Below are positions 1 through 9,554 of a stretch of DNA of 64,000 bases, piece after piece. The stretch covers positions 7,189-71,188 of the IMG/VR virus record IMGVR_UViG_3300010373_000043. One strand, written 5' to 3'. The first letter of the stretch is position 1; each line of letters opens with the position of its first letter. This DNA is from a virus. The notes beneath the pieces were generated by a model that was given only the letters and a program-made list of their open reading frames with translations, made no database searches and was not told the origin of the DNA. Both the position numbers and the translations under genes were made by a program.

Positions 1-9
1 CTAAACAAT

Positions 10-84
10 CTGGGTATAGCGAAGTGGTATCGCGCTCGTTTCGGGAACGAGAGATCGGAAGTTCGAACCTTCCTACCCAGACCA
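10..84 (+). tRNA. tRNA-Pro(CGG)
   Basis: Cloverleaf: acceptor CTGGGTA/TACCCAG, anticodon arm CTCGT-TTCGGGA-ACGAG, T arm GGAAG-TTCGAAC-CTTCC, encoded ACCA end. Confidence 0.95.
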
Positions 85-85
85 A

Positions 86-160
86 CAGGCATTAGCGAAG
101 CGGTATCGCGCTCGGTTTGGAACCGAGAGATCGCTGGTTCGATCCCAGCATGCCTGACCA
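86..160 (+). tRNA. tRNA-Pro(TGG)
   Basis: Acceptor CAGGCAT/ATGCCTG, anticodon arm CTCGG-TTTGGAA-CCGAG, T arm GCTGG-TTCGATC-CCAGC, encoded ACCA end. Confidence 0.95.
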
Positions 161-165
161 TCACC

Positions 166-197
166 AAAGCCCTCTGGTTCACTCCAGAGGGCTTTTT
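166..197 (+). terminator. Intrinsic terminator after tRNA cluster
   Basis: AAAGCCCTCTGG-ttcact-CCAGAGGGCTTT stem followed by T-run. Confidence 0.9.
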
Positions 198-220
198 GCG
201 TTAGGGGCAATCTTACCGGC

Positions 221-742
221 ATGGATACAATCAAGGCTCTCTGGAGCAAGGTGGTTGCGTGGTGGAACCTTCTAATGGCGTATACCGTCTGGAAGGTCGT
301 TTTCTGGTGGAAGAAGCAAACAGGCTGGCTTGATCTTGGTCAGACTATTACCGTCACCGGAACAATTGTCGCAGTCGACATGAATGTCACCGGGCTCTTC
401 AACGACGGCGATGTCTGCTTTAACGTCCAGCTAGATCCGGGACAAGAGAAGTACATCACCGGCTTCGGTGGTGTGCAGACGAACGAGGACAAGAGCGGCA
501 CCACGCCTCCGTCGATCCATTGCGAAATTACTCCGTGGATGCGTGCTCAGTTTGATGGCAAGTGGCAACAGCTCGCTGTAGGCAAGCGTGTGAAGGTTAC
601 TGGTGCATGGGGATTCGACGGCGTGCATCTCGGCGGATCAGAGTGGCTGGAAATCTGGCGAGCGATTTGGCGACACATGCCGAACGTGCTCGACGGATGG
701 TTTGAGATTCATCCGGTCACGAGCTTCGACTACATCGACTAG
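221..742 (+). CDS. OB-fold-like hypothetical protein
   Basis: DGD..F / V.VTG.W..D / WFEIHPV pattern; starts 6 nt after an AATCTT motif. Confidence 0.6.
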   Translation: MDTIKALWSKVVAWWNLLMAYTVWKVVFWWKKQTGWLDLGQTITVTGTIVAVDMNVTGLFNDGDVCFNVQLDPGQEKYITGFGGVQTNEDKSGTTPPSIHCEITPWMRAQFDGKWQQLAVGKRVKVTGAWGFDGVHLGGSEWLEIWRAIWRHMPNVLDGWFEIHPVTSFDYID

Positions 743-818
743 CGTCGAAGTCTGCCGGCGAAGAAGCCGACGATGAGCCCGAGCAGCAGCGGGTAGATGT
801 CTCGGAGCGATGCGTGGA

Positions 819-2275
819 TCACGGCATCACCTTCTTGCACCACACACAGACGCCGCAACCGCAGCGACCGTTGGGCATCGGATTGCTGCGGCCAGTGCGC
901 TTCTTCTCGGCGTAGCCGCGCTTCCAGCCGTCACGCCACGCACGATTCTCGGCTTGGCTCTGAGCTGAGAACGCACGGGCTTCCTTGCACGTGAACCTCG
1001 GCGACGTGCGACGGTCGCGGCCTGCACCGCGACCCGTGCGGCTGTTGCCGCAATCGTAGCAGCCGCGATCGAGGTAGACCCAAGGGCCTCCGGGCTCGCC
1101 GTGCTTGTCCCACGCATCCGGCCACGTCAGACCGACGTTGTAGCCTTCGAGGTACTTGCCGATCGTTCCACCCGCTTCGAGACTGAGGGCGTTGGGCAAT
1201 TCCTCGTCGAGGAAATTCACTTCGGTTGGATTGAAGAACATTAGAGCACCGCTTCCCAGTAGAGAAAGTTGAGGAGAGCGTCGAGCACATCGACCGCTTC
1301 CTGCGGCAGTCGATACTTCTTCGGCACCACCGTGCCGTCGTACTGCGCCGCCTTGAGCGCAACACACGTCACGAGAAGCTCCCCACGGGAGAACTTGAAA
1401 GCTTCGTTGATGAAGTGCTGGAGCTTCAGCAGCTCACCGTCCTTCTTGGTCATGACGAATTTTTTCATCGGCCCCTCCAGCCCGGTTTCTTCTGATTCTT
1501 CTCGCAGAAGAGGTTGGCGCAGACGTACCAGACCTTGTGGCCGGCACGAGTCTCGCGGTCCATTGGCTTGTCGCAGCTACGGCAGAACACCGGCACCTTG
1601 CCGTGCTTCTCGACGAGGATTTTGAGAGCCGCTTCGAGCAGCTCACGACGGGCCTGACGCTCTTTGCCCTTGCCCATCGGCAGCTTCGCCTTCTTGCGCT
1701 TCTTGGCCATGGCTAGTCCTTCTTGTTGTGCTCGTGAAGCCAGACGCCGCCATTGTACGACAGATCGGCCCGCCAGGAGTCGCCAGAGCGATTCAGAACC
1801 ACGAAGCCACGGTCCTGGAGGCTGCGAGCGGTCCGCAGCCACGCACCAGCCACGCGACCGGCGTCACGTCCGCCCACGAAGGGGCAGCGCTCGCTGCACA
1901 TGGGCAGCCCGAGGAGACGCTCCAGGAACGAAGCCTGATTCTTGCTGAGCTTGGTCTTCATGGTCAGCCTCCCAGCGAGTCGTTGACGAGGTCGGAGACC
2001 GCGTCGTGCAGGGCAGCCTGCTCGGCCTCCCACGCTTCCATCTCGGCCTCCGGCCAATCGCTCGGCGCGATGCCGAGGGAGAGCGCACGCTCGCGCCAGA
2101 AGCTCGCGACGAAGCAGTTGCCGTGGATGTTCCAGTCGACACGGTACCCGAAGGACTCGATCGCCGCCACGACGGCCTTGAACTGATTGTTCACGGCAGC
2201 GTCGGGCCCACCCGTGCAGAGCTGGATGTCGAGCTTGGTGAGCTTTTCGGCGAGCTGGTTGATCAGGGTTCGCAT
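819..2275 (-). CDS. Chain of about 5 small hypothetical genes (1964..2275, 1713..~1961, 1465..~1710, 1241..1468, 819..~1241)
   Basis: Abutting or overlapping start/stop codons, GGAGG SD sites, downstream of the sigma70-type promoter at 2296-2324. Confidence 0.6.
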
Positions 2276-2295
2276 TGTCGGCCTCCTAAGGAATA

Positions 2296-2324
2296 GTTAT
2301 AGGCTAGGCCGAAAATGGTTGCAA
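2296..2324 (-). promoter_or_regulatory. sigma70-type promoter TTGCAA-17-TATAAC
   Basis: 17-nt spacer, upstream of AGGAGG and ORF 1964..2275. Confidence 0.7.
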
Positions 2325-2325
2325 G

Positions 2326-2925
2326 CTAATTCTTCAGCAAAATGTCGCTGATGGAATCCACAACAATATCAACAGCTTTGACTGCCTGGGCTTCTTTGTA
2401 GTCAAGCCACCAAGTGCGGCCACCGTCGATCTTCTTCTGGAGCTGATCGTAGGTCACGTTCATGTGCATCACGTAGTTCATGATGCAGATCTCCTGAAGG
2501 TGCCAGAGATAGTCAAGCGAATTCTGCAAATCATTCGGTTGACCACCATTTCCGCCGTAGCCCGGCTGGTGGATCATCAGCAGCGAACGTTTCGTCATTA
2601 CTCTTTTCGGACATGTCACGAAAATTTCTGAAGCCATCGAGTCCGCTTCACCGTCGACGATACACACGACAGGGACCTTGCTGCGCTCGATGTCGCGAAT
2701 CAGCTTGAAGCCCTCGTCAATGTCACCACCGCCTGAGTTGATGTCGATGATGATCGCATCAGCCTCATTCTGGTTTGCCTTCTGCACGACTTCTCTGACG
2801 GGAGCAATTGTCTTCGCTGTGATTTCGTCTTCGAGTCTGACGTAGGCTGTACCGCCCTTAGCTTGAGCCTGTAGCGGTGATAGGAGCAGGCAGAGACCAA
2901 AAAGAAGGGCAGCTAGGTACTTCAT
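2326..2925 (-). CDS. ClpP/crotonase-fold serine protease with N-terminal signal peptide
   Basis: INSGGG, ADSMAS (catalytic Ser), LMIHQP (His), WLD..EA...VD; leader MKYLAALLFGLCLLLSPLQAQA. Confidence 0.8.
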   Translation of the reverse strand: MKYLAALLFGLCLLLSPLQAQAKGGTAYVRLEDEITAKTIAPVREVVQKANQNEADAIIIDINSGGGDIDEGFKLIRDIERSKVPVVCIVDGEADSMASEIFVTCPKRVMTKRSLLMIHQPGYGGNGGQPNDLQNSLDYLWHLQEICIMNYVMHMNVTYDQLQKKIDGGRTWWLDYKEAQAVKAVDIVVDSISDILLKN

Positions 2926-2973
2926 ATTGACAATGATTCCTTCTAGCATCAATCTCTGTAGTAGGAGGTTGTC

Positions 2974-3138
2974 ATGCTTGACGCCTGGATCATCGAAGAG
3001 ATCGAACGTGCTCGTCGTGAACGCGAGGAGCAGCGCCCTGAGCTTCGCATCGAGATTGAACCTCCGATGCCGTACTGCGAGCCCGGTGAAGAGCCGAAGG
3101 AAGAGCGCGGCGTGATCATCATCGATTTGATCGGCTGA
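2974..3138 (+). CDS. 54-aa small protein MLDAWIIEEIERARREREEQRPEL...ERGVIIIDLIG (missing from ORF track)
   Basis: AGGAGG SD 8 nt upstream, CAATCTC motif at 2950, intact frame to TGA at 3138. Confidence 0.75.
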   Translation: MLDAWIIEEIERARREREEQRPELRIEIEPPMPYCEPGEEPKEERGVIIIDLIG

Positions 3139-3289
3139 TTGATAGCACGCACAGTCCGAACATGATCGCCATGTAGAGGGCGAACATACCTAGGGCTGCA
3201 AACTTTCCTCCGACGATTAGTCCGGTGACGCCGAGAGCAGTCATCGCACTGAAGAGTGCCGCGCCCTCGATCTTGTCTCTCTTAGTCAT
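3119..3289 (-). CDS. Small two-TM membrane protein
   Basis: MTKRDKIEGAALF... hydrophobic; overlaps the AAA ATPase stop. Confidence 0.55.
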   Translation of the reverse strand: MTKRDKIEGAALFSAMTALGVTGLIVGGKFAALGMFALYMAIMFGLCVLSISRSNR

Positions 3290-4706
3290 CGTCGATTCCT
3301 TCGTCGACGTAATCCGGCATAACGTTCGCGTCGTCATCTTCGGCGTCGTCATCTTCGTCGTCGGGGAATGCATCATCGTTGATGTGCAAGTTCCCTTCTT
3401 CGTCGATGAAGCCGACTTCGCGCAATTCGCCATTGACTTCTGCCGTGATTGTTTCTCCGGCGTTCTCGGCGAATTCTCCGTCACGCGGAGTCGCGTCGTC
3501 GATGTCCTCGATAGCCTCCGCTGCCTTCAAGATGTCGTCGCTGCTTGATGCAGGATTCTTGAGAGCGTCGATCAAGTTCTCGATAGCCTCAACGGGATCG
3601 GGACGTGAAGGGCCGAGCGCGAAGCCGACCTTCTTCGTTTCCTTCACCACTTCGACCATTGCACCATTGCCCTTGGCGATCTTGTAGACGGTGCCGAGCT
3701 TGTAGAGCTTCTCTTTCAGCTCACCCTTCTTGCCAGTCAATCGCTCGTAGATGCTGTTCGCCATCTCGGCATCGAGCAAGCCGATCTCCATGCGAGTGCA
3801 CAAACGTCCGTCGCGAGTGACGGCGGGATCGAGGTTGTCGATCTCGACGTTGGTCGTGCAGATCAGACGCATGTCTAGCAGCGTGCCGAAAATACCGTCG
3901 GAGAAATTCAGCAAAGCGCTGATCGCCGACGTGTTGCCTTCCTTGCGATTGACGAGAGCTTCGTCGGCATCTTCGAGGATGAGGATCAACGGACAATCCT
4001 TGCGCTGCTCACGCATGAGCACGCTGAGGAATTGCGGGTCGCCGAGCTGCGCGATGTAGTTCGACGGGATCAGGATGAACGTTGCACGCGGCACTTCGTT
4101 GAGCAACGCACGAACCATGTGCGTCTTGCCAGTGCCGGGTGGTCCGTCGAGTAGAACGATGCGACCGCAAGGATCGCTCTTGTTCAAATCGTCCACGACG
4201 TGCTTGTACTGCTGCACGGCCTCAGGACGATAATTCGAAGGAATGAAGTTCTCGCCGGCTACGCCCATCTCACTCAGACGAGGACCCTGGCCCGAGCTGG
4301 TGACGACGTAGATGCGCCCCTTGGTCTGCGTGCGAACGATCAAAGGATCGATGTATGCACGCAGACTGTTCATCAACTTATCGTCGACTGAAACAGCTCC
4401 GACGGTGATGCCACGGTTCTTCGTCCAGTATTCGACCTGGACACCGGCCCCGTCCCAAATCACGATTGATTCGGAATTCTGATGACGGTTGGGAACTTGT
4501 TGGCGAGCGATGTGACCGCCGAGCTTGGTCAGCTCGGCGAGTAGTTCTTCGATCTGAACGCCGGGCTTCAGTGAGCCGGCGTTGTAGTAGCGGACGAGAG
4601 TTTCCTTCGATTCAAAGGCGCGTTCGAGGAGTTGAGTTTCGACCCAATGGAGACCAAAATCCGTAGTGCGATACTTGGTCGTGTACTTCCAGAATGGTTT
4701 CTTCAC
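3282..4706 (-). CDS. AAA+ ATPase with acidic C-terminal tail
   Basis: Walker A GPPGTGKT, Walker B LILEDAD, TTN sensor, LDPAVTRDGR arginine finger. Confidence 0.9.
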   Translation of the reverse strand: MKKPFWKYTTKYRTTDFGLHWVETQLLERAFESKETLVRYYNAGSLKPGVQIEELLAELTKLGGHIARQQVPNRHQNSESIVIWDGAGVQVEYWTKNRGITVGAVSVDDKLMNSLRAYIDPLIVRTQTKGRIYVVTSSGQGPRLSEMGVAGENFIPSNYRPEAVQQYKHVVDDLNKSDPCGRIVLLDGPPGTGKTHMVRALLNEVPRATFILIPSNYIAQLGDPQFLSVLMREQRKDCPLILILEDADEALVNRKEGNTSAISALLNFSDGIFGTLLDMRLICTTNVEIDNLDPAVTRDGRLCTRMEIGLLDAEMANSIYERLTGKKGELKEKLYKLGTVYKIAKGNGAMVEVVKETKKVGFALGPSRPDPVEAIENLIDALKNPASSSDDILKAAEAIEDIDDATPRDGEFAENAGETITAEVNGELREVGFIDEEGNLHINDDAFPDDEDDDAEDDDANVMPDYVDEGIDDD

Positions 4707-4733
4707 ATACCTCTTATAGCGAATCTCTAGTAC

Positions 4734-5395
4734 TTATTTGCCCTTTAATGCGTTTCCAATGACACAGTGCTCAGTGCACCGTTCTTCCTCACCGCAATAG
4801 ATGCAATTGCCACCCTGGCCAGCGGTTTGAACCTTCTGTAATACATGCTCCAGCTCTAGGATCCGATCTACGTTCTTGCTGTTGATTGCAACGATCGCGA
4901 GCAGATCGTCTTCGTCTTTTTGAAATTCTATTTCTATCTCGCGCTGCACGTCGCAGTAGTCTTCGAAGTAGACCTTCTTCAGACGCTTAATGATATTGTA
5001 TGCGCGGTCCCGAATGGTCATGGTAGTTCTCACTCGCCGAGTTCGCGTTTCAGGCGTTCGAGCTGCGCGCGTTTCCGCTCACGTTCCTCGGTCTTCTTCA
5101 GCTCGTCGAGCTTCGCTTCTCTAGCGCGGACCATCGGCATGGCATCTTCAGCAAGCGACAGGATGAGCGCGTGGTCCATCTTGCGCTCGGCACTGCCGAC
5201 CCCGTAGTACTCCATGGTCTTGTCCGCCTCGGTACGCGCCTGTTCCATCGTCTCAGCGTTCAGGAGAACGAGCCGCTGGCCGCACCCGATCGTGTAGTCG
5301 CATCCTTCGCCACTCTGCTTCAACCACAGGTAGAACTTCATCGGCTTTCTCCTCGCACGTTTATCGTCATTCTCATCACGGCTTATCCAATTCAC
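4734..5395 (-). CDS. Two hypothetical proteins (5030..5395, 4734..5033)
   Basis: Overlapping stop/start, coding-like composition. Confidence 0.6.
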
Positions 5396-5999
5396 CCTTA
5401 ACGTGATCGACGAGGATTTCCATCTTGTACTTAAAGCTGTCCTCGCAGTGCGGGTTGACGATCAGGTGGAAGTTCGGATGCGAATCCCACTGAGACATCG
5501 TGAGACCGTCGAGGATGCGAGCCTCTTCCGGCGTGTCCGTACGCACGGCGTCGTTCTTGTAATGCTTCTCCGCGCCGATGGCAGCCGACTGCAAGTGAAA
5601 CACAGCATCGTAGCGCTTGAGAGCGTGGTGCACGTCGGTGTGAGCGTACGAGAGGATCGTATGCCAGTCCGTGCGAGCCATGTACGCACCGTTGTCGCAG
5701 AGACCGCGATCGCAAATGATCAAGCCGCGTCGCTCGCCTTGTGTGAAGCGAATGAAGCTCTCGGCCGCATCCTCCAGCTCGATCTGCAATCGAACAATTG
5801 TCGATTGGATGATACGAATCTGAGCTGGATCGGTGAGCACGCGAGGATCGACGCCAGTGCTGATGAGTGTGCGTGCGACTTCAGGCACGACCATGCAGAG
5901 ATAGTTGCGATCTTGTGCAACTCGCGTCAGCTCGGACAGTCCGGTTGACTTGCCTCCGCACGGGCCTCCGGTGATGACGAATTTCTTGATGACGTTCAT
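5376..5999 (-). CDS. NadR/Ttd14-type (AAA_28) P-loop kinase-like protein
   Basis: FVITGGPCGGKST, VPEVAR, ICDRG..D, YDAVFHL motifs. Confidence 0.85.
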   Translation of the reverse strand: MNVIKKFVITGGPCGGKSTGLSELTRVAQDRNYLCMVVPEVARTLISTGVDPRVLTDPAQIRIIQSTIVRLQIELEDAAESFIRFTQGERRGLIICDRGLCDNGAYMARTDWHTILSYAHTDVHHALKRYDAVFHLQSAAIGAEKHYKNDAVRTDTPEEARILDGLTMSQWDSHPNFHLIVNPHCEDSFKYKMEILVDHVKGELDKP

Positions 6000-6205
6000 T
6001 GCTTCGGCCTCTTGAAGAAGGCGGTCCATTTACCGACGCCGCCTCCTCCTCCGTTCGCAGGCATAAAGACCATGGAGTATGCCTCCCAGCCTTCTTCGCC
6101 CATCTTCTCCATCTTCTCGTTCCAGCCTTTTAGGCCCTCATCGGAAGCGGTGCGGGTGAATTCGGCGTACTCCCACTTCTGGAGTATCGATTTCGCCTTC
6201 TTCAT
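5996..6205 (-). CDS. DUF4177-like small protein
   Basis: KWEY...MEKMGEEGWEA...FFKRP pattern. Confidence 0.65.
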   Translation of the reverse strand: MKKAKSILQKWEYAEFTRTASDEGLKGWNEKMEKMGEEGWEAYSMVFMPANGGGGGVGKWTAFFKRPKQ

Positions 6206-6396
6206 AGCAGCTCCCACGCTCTTTCAGCGATCAATTCGCGGATGCGAGGATGAGGACGTGCGACACCGATCGCCCAGCGGCGCACCGTGCTCGCAGCTAC
6301 TTCGAATTCGCCACGCAATACATCTACAAACTGATCAGCCTTCTTGTGGCTGACGAGTAGAAGAATCAATTGCTGGAATCCCTCTTGTGAAATCAC
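6202..6396 (-). CDS. Small HTH (XRE-like) protein
   Basis: FEVAASTVRRWAIGVARP recognition-helix pattern. Confidence 0.55.
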   Translation of the reverse strand: MISQEGFQQLILLLVSHKKADQFVDVLRGEFEVAASTVRRWAIGVARPHPRIRELIAERAWELL

Positions 6397-7481
6397 ATCG
6401 ACTCCACGATCTCGATGCAGAGCTGATTGAGCGCTGCACGATTCGGTTGCTTCGGTAGCGGCGTGGTGAGGATGAGAGCTTCGAGATTCTTCTCTTGCTG
6501 CTCTGCCCACTCCAGCAGGTAGTCGAGCGTCCAGGCTCCATTGCGAATCGCCTTCAGCTCTTCAGCATCGGGACGCTTCACGATGACACCCTCACCGCGC
6601 ATGATCTCTTGCGACATGCGCATGAGACGAACGAGGTGCATGCCGTGCTTCGTGTCGTAGCCGTACTTCTCTTCCAGCTCGTGACGAACGGCGTTGCGAG
6701 TCTTCTTCCATTCCTGGTACTGCTTCCATCGCTGGTGAGCACCGCGGTATCCACGCTCTTGCGCAAGATACTCCAGGAAGTTCTCGTCGAAGCCGAGCTT
6801 GCGGCCGGCTGCCGTCCACACGTCATTCTTCGAGTACGCAGCGATCTCTGTGATTGCGTCCTCGTACGTGCGCAGCAAGCCGATACGAAGGGCATCGTCG
6901 ATCTCGGCGAGGTCCACACGCCAAGCTTCGATCTGCTTCTGAATCTGCGACTCAGCAGCACGACGCTGCTCGACGGACAGTGCCGTGTACTCCGGCAATC
7001 CGAATTGCGTACGCGTCGGCTCCTCTTCCATCGGATTCGTGATCCAGTCGCGATGCGTGCGGATGCGCTTGAGCTGCGCCATTGCGTAGCCCGAGAATCT
7101 GTACTTCGCGTTCTGCGACAAGAACAGCTCACGTGCAGCGTGGATTTTCTCCCAGCGCTTGCTGACGTAGATCCAATCGTTGATCCAGGCAAGCTCGATA
7201 ATGTTCGGATTGCAGTCCGCTGCCAGCTTCATGAACTTGCGAAGCTCGTAGTAGCAGCAGTCGTACGGATCGAAGCCCTTGTCAGCTTGCTCGAACGTGT
7301 CGGTGAAGCCGAAGTCGTACTCCCTCGGAGCTACGCATACGCCCTTGACGTCGATGTCGCTTGTGGGCCCGTTGGTGCCGTACGCATGCGAGCCGTGCTT
7401 CATTAGCACAAGCGTGCGTCCGAAGATCCACTTCTGGTTGCCCTTGTAGGCGTTGTAGATGTCGTTCTCAGTTACGGTCAT
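6393..7481 (-). CDS. Pol-beta-family nucleotidyltransferase (RlaP/YcgL/T4 NrdC.11-like)
   Basis: GSHAYGTNGPTSDIDVKGV, CNPNIIE, YDTKHGMHLVRLMRM, LKAIRNG motifs. Confidence 0.9.
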   Translation of the reverse strand: MTVTENDIYNAYKGNQKWIFGRTLVLMKHGSHAYGTNGPTSDIDVKGVCVAPREYDFGFTDTFEQADKGFDPYDCCYYELRKFMKLAADCNPNIIELAWINDWIYVSKRWEKIHAARELFLSQNAKYRFSGYAMAQLKRIRTHRDWITNPMEEEPTRTQFGLPEYTALSVEQRRAAESQIQKQIEAWRVDLAEIDDALRIGLLRTYEDAITEIAAYSKNDVWTAAGRKLGFDENFLEYLAQERGYRGAHQRWKQYQEWKKTRNAVRHELEEKYGYDTKHGMHLVRLMRMSQEIMRGEGVIVKRPDAEELKAIRNGAWTLDYLLEWAEQQEKNLEALILTTPLPKQPNRAALNQLCIEIVESM

Positions 7482-8204
7482 AGCTCTTCACTAAAGAAGA
7501 GGCGGTACTTGCCGCCTTCGATTCTCCACACAGCCACGAGCCGTGCGTTAGGATACTTCGCCATCAGCGAATCGAGTGATCGCGTGAACATCTCGTCGCT
7601 GTTCGTGTGGTCTTCAAACACGAGGTTGAAGTTTTTGAACTTCGGGTGTTCGTCTGCGCGCTTCATAGCTCCCTCGTGAGGAAGATCCAGAATCGGCCAG
7701 AGCTACCAGTCACGACATTGGCGATCTGCCAATTCTTCCACTTCGCCAGCTCTTCCGTCAGAGATTGAGCGTCCTCTTTGTTCGACGTAGTGCTGCCGAA
7801 TTCGATGTAGAGCACCTTGTGCTCGTAGCGCTCTCTGTCGCTGGCCAGTTTCATTAGTTCGCTCCGGTGCCGTTGCCCAGTGCGTTGTCGATCGTGCGCT
7901 TGCCTGCGATGAGGAAGTCGATATGGTCCTGAACCATCTTGACCATATCGTCATAGCCTCCGACTTCTTCGAAGACTTCGCGTGTCGTGACGCAGTGCTC
8001 GATCAGCCCCTCGACCCCACCTTGGAGCATGAGGTAGTTGATCTTGCCCAGCTCCTTCGACTTGGAGTCGATGTCCTTCGCCTTGTCGAGGATGCCGGTG
8101 AACTTCGTCTCCCACTTGGTGAAGTTGTCTCGGAAGCGCTGCTTCTCCTCGGGTGTGACACCGTCGCGGAGGAGCAATTCCTTCATCTTCTCTTTAATGG
8201 TCAT
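7478..8204 (-). CDS. Three small hypothetical proteins (7854..8204, 7663..7854, 7478..7666)
   Basis: Coupled start/stop overlaps; the two smaller ones resemble the DUF4177 pattern. Confidence 0.6.
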
Positions 8205-8214
8205 GCCATAGCCC

Positions 8215-8277
8215 TTATAGCGGATCTTTCACAACCCACGATACGGCCAGCAGAACCCCTAGTACCAAGTACACCAT
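8215..8277 (-). CDS. 20-aa hydrophobic peptide MVYLVLGVLLAVSWVVKDPL
   Basis: Lies between two CGCTATAAG elements, AGAGG SD, stop codon inside the downstream element. Confidence 0.55.
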   Translation of the reverse strand: MVYLVLGVLLAVSWVVKDPL

Positions 8278-8346
8278 GGTCGCCTCTGTGCCTCTTATAG
8301 CGGACGTAATCTAAGACCTACATCCCCAATCTGGAGACTTTGTACT

Positions 8347-8730
8347 ATGGCGATCAACGATCGACCGTTCAGCGTCCGCATTCAAGGCGACGCAACCGGT
8401 GAAACATGGGTAGGTGACTTCCGCGCGAAGGTTGCACTCACTCGTAGAGATATCCTTACTAAGGACCGCATCCGTCGCGAGATGCTGGGCCCCGTCGGCG
8501 AGCCGGATGAGCACGCCCGTCTGCTTGCGATTGCGTATTCAGAGCTGAAGGTTCGTATCACCGATGCACCAAAGTGGTTCATCGAAAGTGATTGCGGACT
8601 CGATCTCGAAGATGAAACACCGATGGCCGCTGTCTACAAGGAAGCGATGAAGGTGGAGAACGACACAGTCGAAGCCAAGATCAAGGAAGCTGCAACCAAG
8701 GCTTCTGATCTGAAGAAGGAAGCTGAGTAA
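8347..8730 (+). CDS. Putative tail assembly chaperone
   Basis: Position upstream of tape measure, size, GGAG SD. Confidence 0.6.
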   Translation: MAINDRPFSVRIQGDATGETWVGDFRAKVALTRRDILTKDRIRREMLGPVGEPDEHARLLAIAYSELKVRITDAPKWFIESDCGLDLEDETPMAAVYKEAMKVENDTVEAKIKEAATKASDLKKEAE

Positions 8731-8981
8731 TGCCGGCCGGTGATCCGCCGCTGTTCTACGGCTACAACTTCGTGTTCGGCGATGATTACTGCTCGTGCAA
8801 GCGTTGTCCGTGTTGCGGTAAGCTGGTACCTGTACAGCTTGCTCCGTATATTCCGAATCCTTATATCCCGGTAATTCCTTCGCCGATTTGGATTCAACCA
8901 TATCAGCCGTACTTCGAGCCATACACTGTCACAGTCACGCTCGATAGCACACTACCTAACGGCGATCCTGAAAAGAAGTAA
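8730..8981 (+). CDS. Cys/Pro-rich hypothetical protein
   Basis: TAATG overlap; CSCKRCPCCG plus PY-rich segment. Confidence 0.45.
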   Translation: MPAGDPPLFYGYNFVFGDDYCSCKRCPCCGKLVPVQLAPYIPNPYIPVIPSPIWIQPYQPYFEPYTVTVTLDSTLPNGDPEKK

Positions 8982-8989
8982 GGTGTGTC

Positions 8990-9523
8990 ATGTCCAAGAA
9001 GAAGGACATGAATATCATCGAGGCCACACGCCTAATCGCGTTGTGGAACGTTACTCGTGCTTCTGATAAGCAAGATCCTGAGTACATCTATCGCGTCATG
9101 GCACGCTGGTACTCAGAGAAGTTCGGTTACAAGCTCGACGAGGTCGACGATATTCCTATCGAGACTGTAGCGATGCACTACTACGAAGCGCACTACGAGG
9201 ACATGACTCCCGAAGAGCGCAACGAAGAGATCAAGCGTCTCACTCAGTCAGATGAAGAAAAGATCGCAGCCGATAAGGCCGATGACGACTTCCTCAAGCA
9301 AGCGATCAAGGAAGCCGAAGACGCTTCGAAGCTTCGTGCCGCCGCTTCTGCTCTCGCAAGAGCAACTGAAGAGCTACAGCAGGTTGCGATTCCGAAAAAG
9401 GTCGAAGGACTAAAGAAGGAATTGGCTCAGCCTGATATCAACATGACGTTCATTTCTGAGGAAGAGATGGAGCGCATGGGTGAATGGGACATCTTGGGCC
9501 CGACACCTTCGTCGGGAAAATAA
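8990..9523 (+). CDS. Pre-tape-measure chaperone-like protein
   Basis: Directly upstream of tape measure; charged, helical. Confidence 0.55.
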   Translation: MSKKKDMNIIEATRLIALWNVTRASDKQDPEYIYRVMARWYSEKFGYKLDEVDDIPIETVAMHYYEAHYEDMTPEERNEEIKRLTQSDEEKIAADKADDDFLKQAIKEAEDASKLRAAASALARATEELQQVAIPKKVEGLKKELAQPDINMTFISEEEMERMGEWDILGPTPSSGK

Positions 9524-9554
9524 CAACCGCAATCTTATGATTTAAGGTCATCCC

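Noticed and set aside
5-24. CAATCT at 6-11 and GTATAGCGAA at 14-23 resembling the two promoter motifs
   Set aside because: Both overlap the tRNA-Pro body and are explained by tRNA sequence
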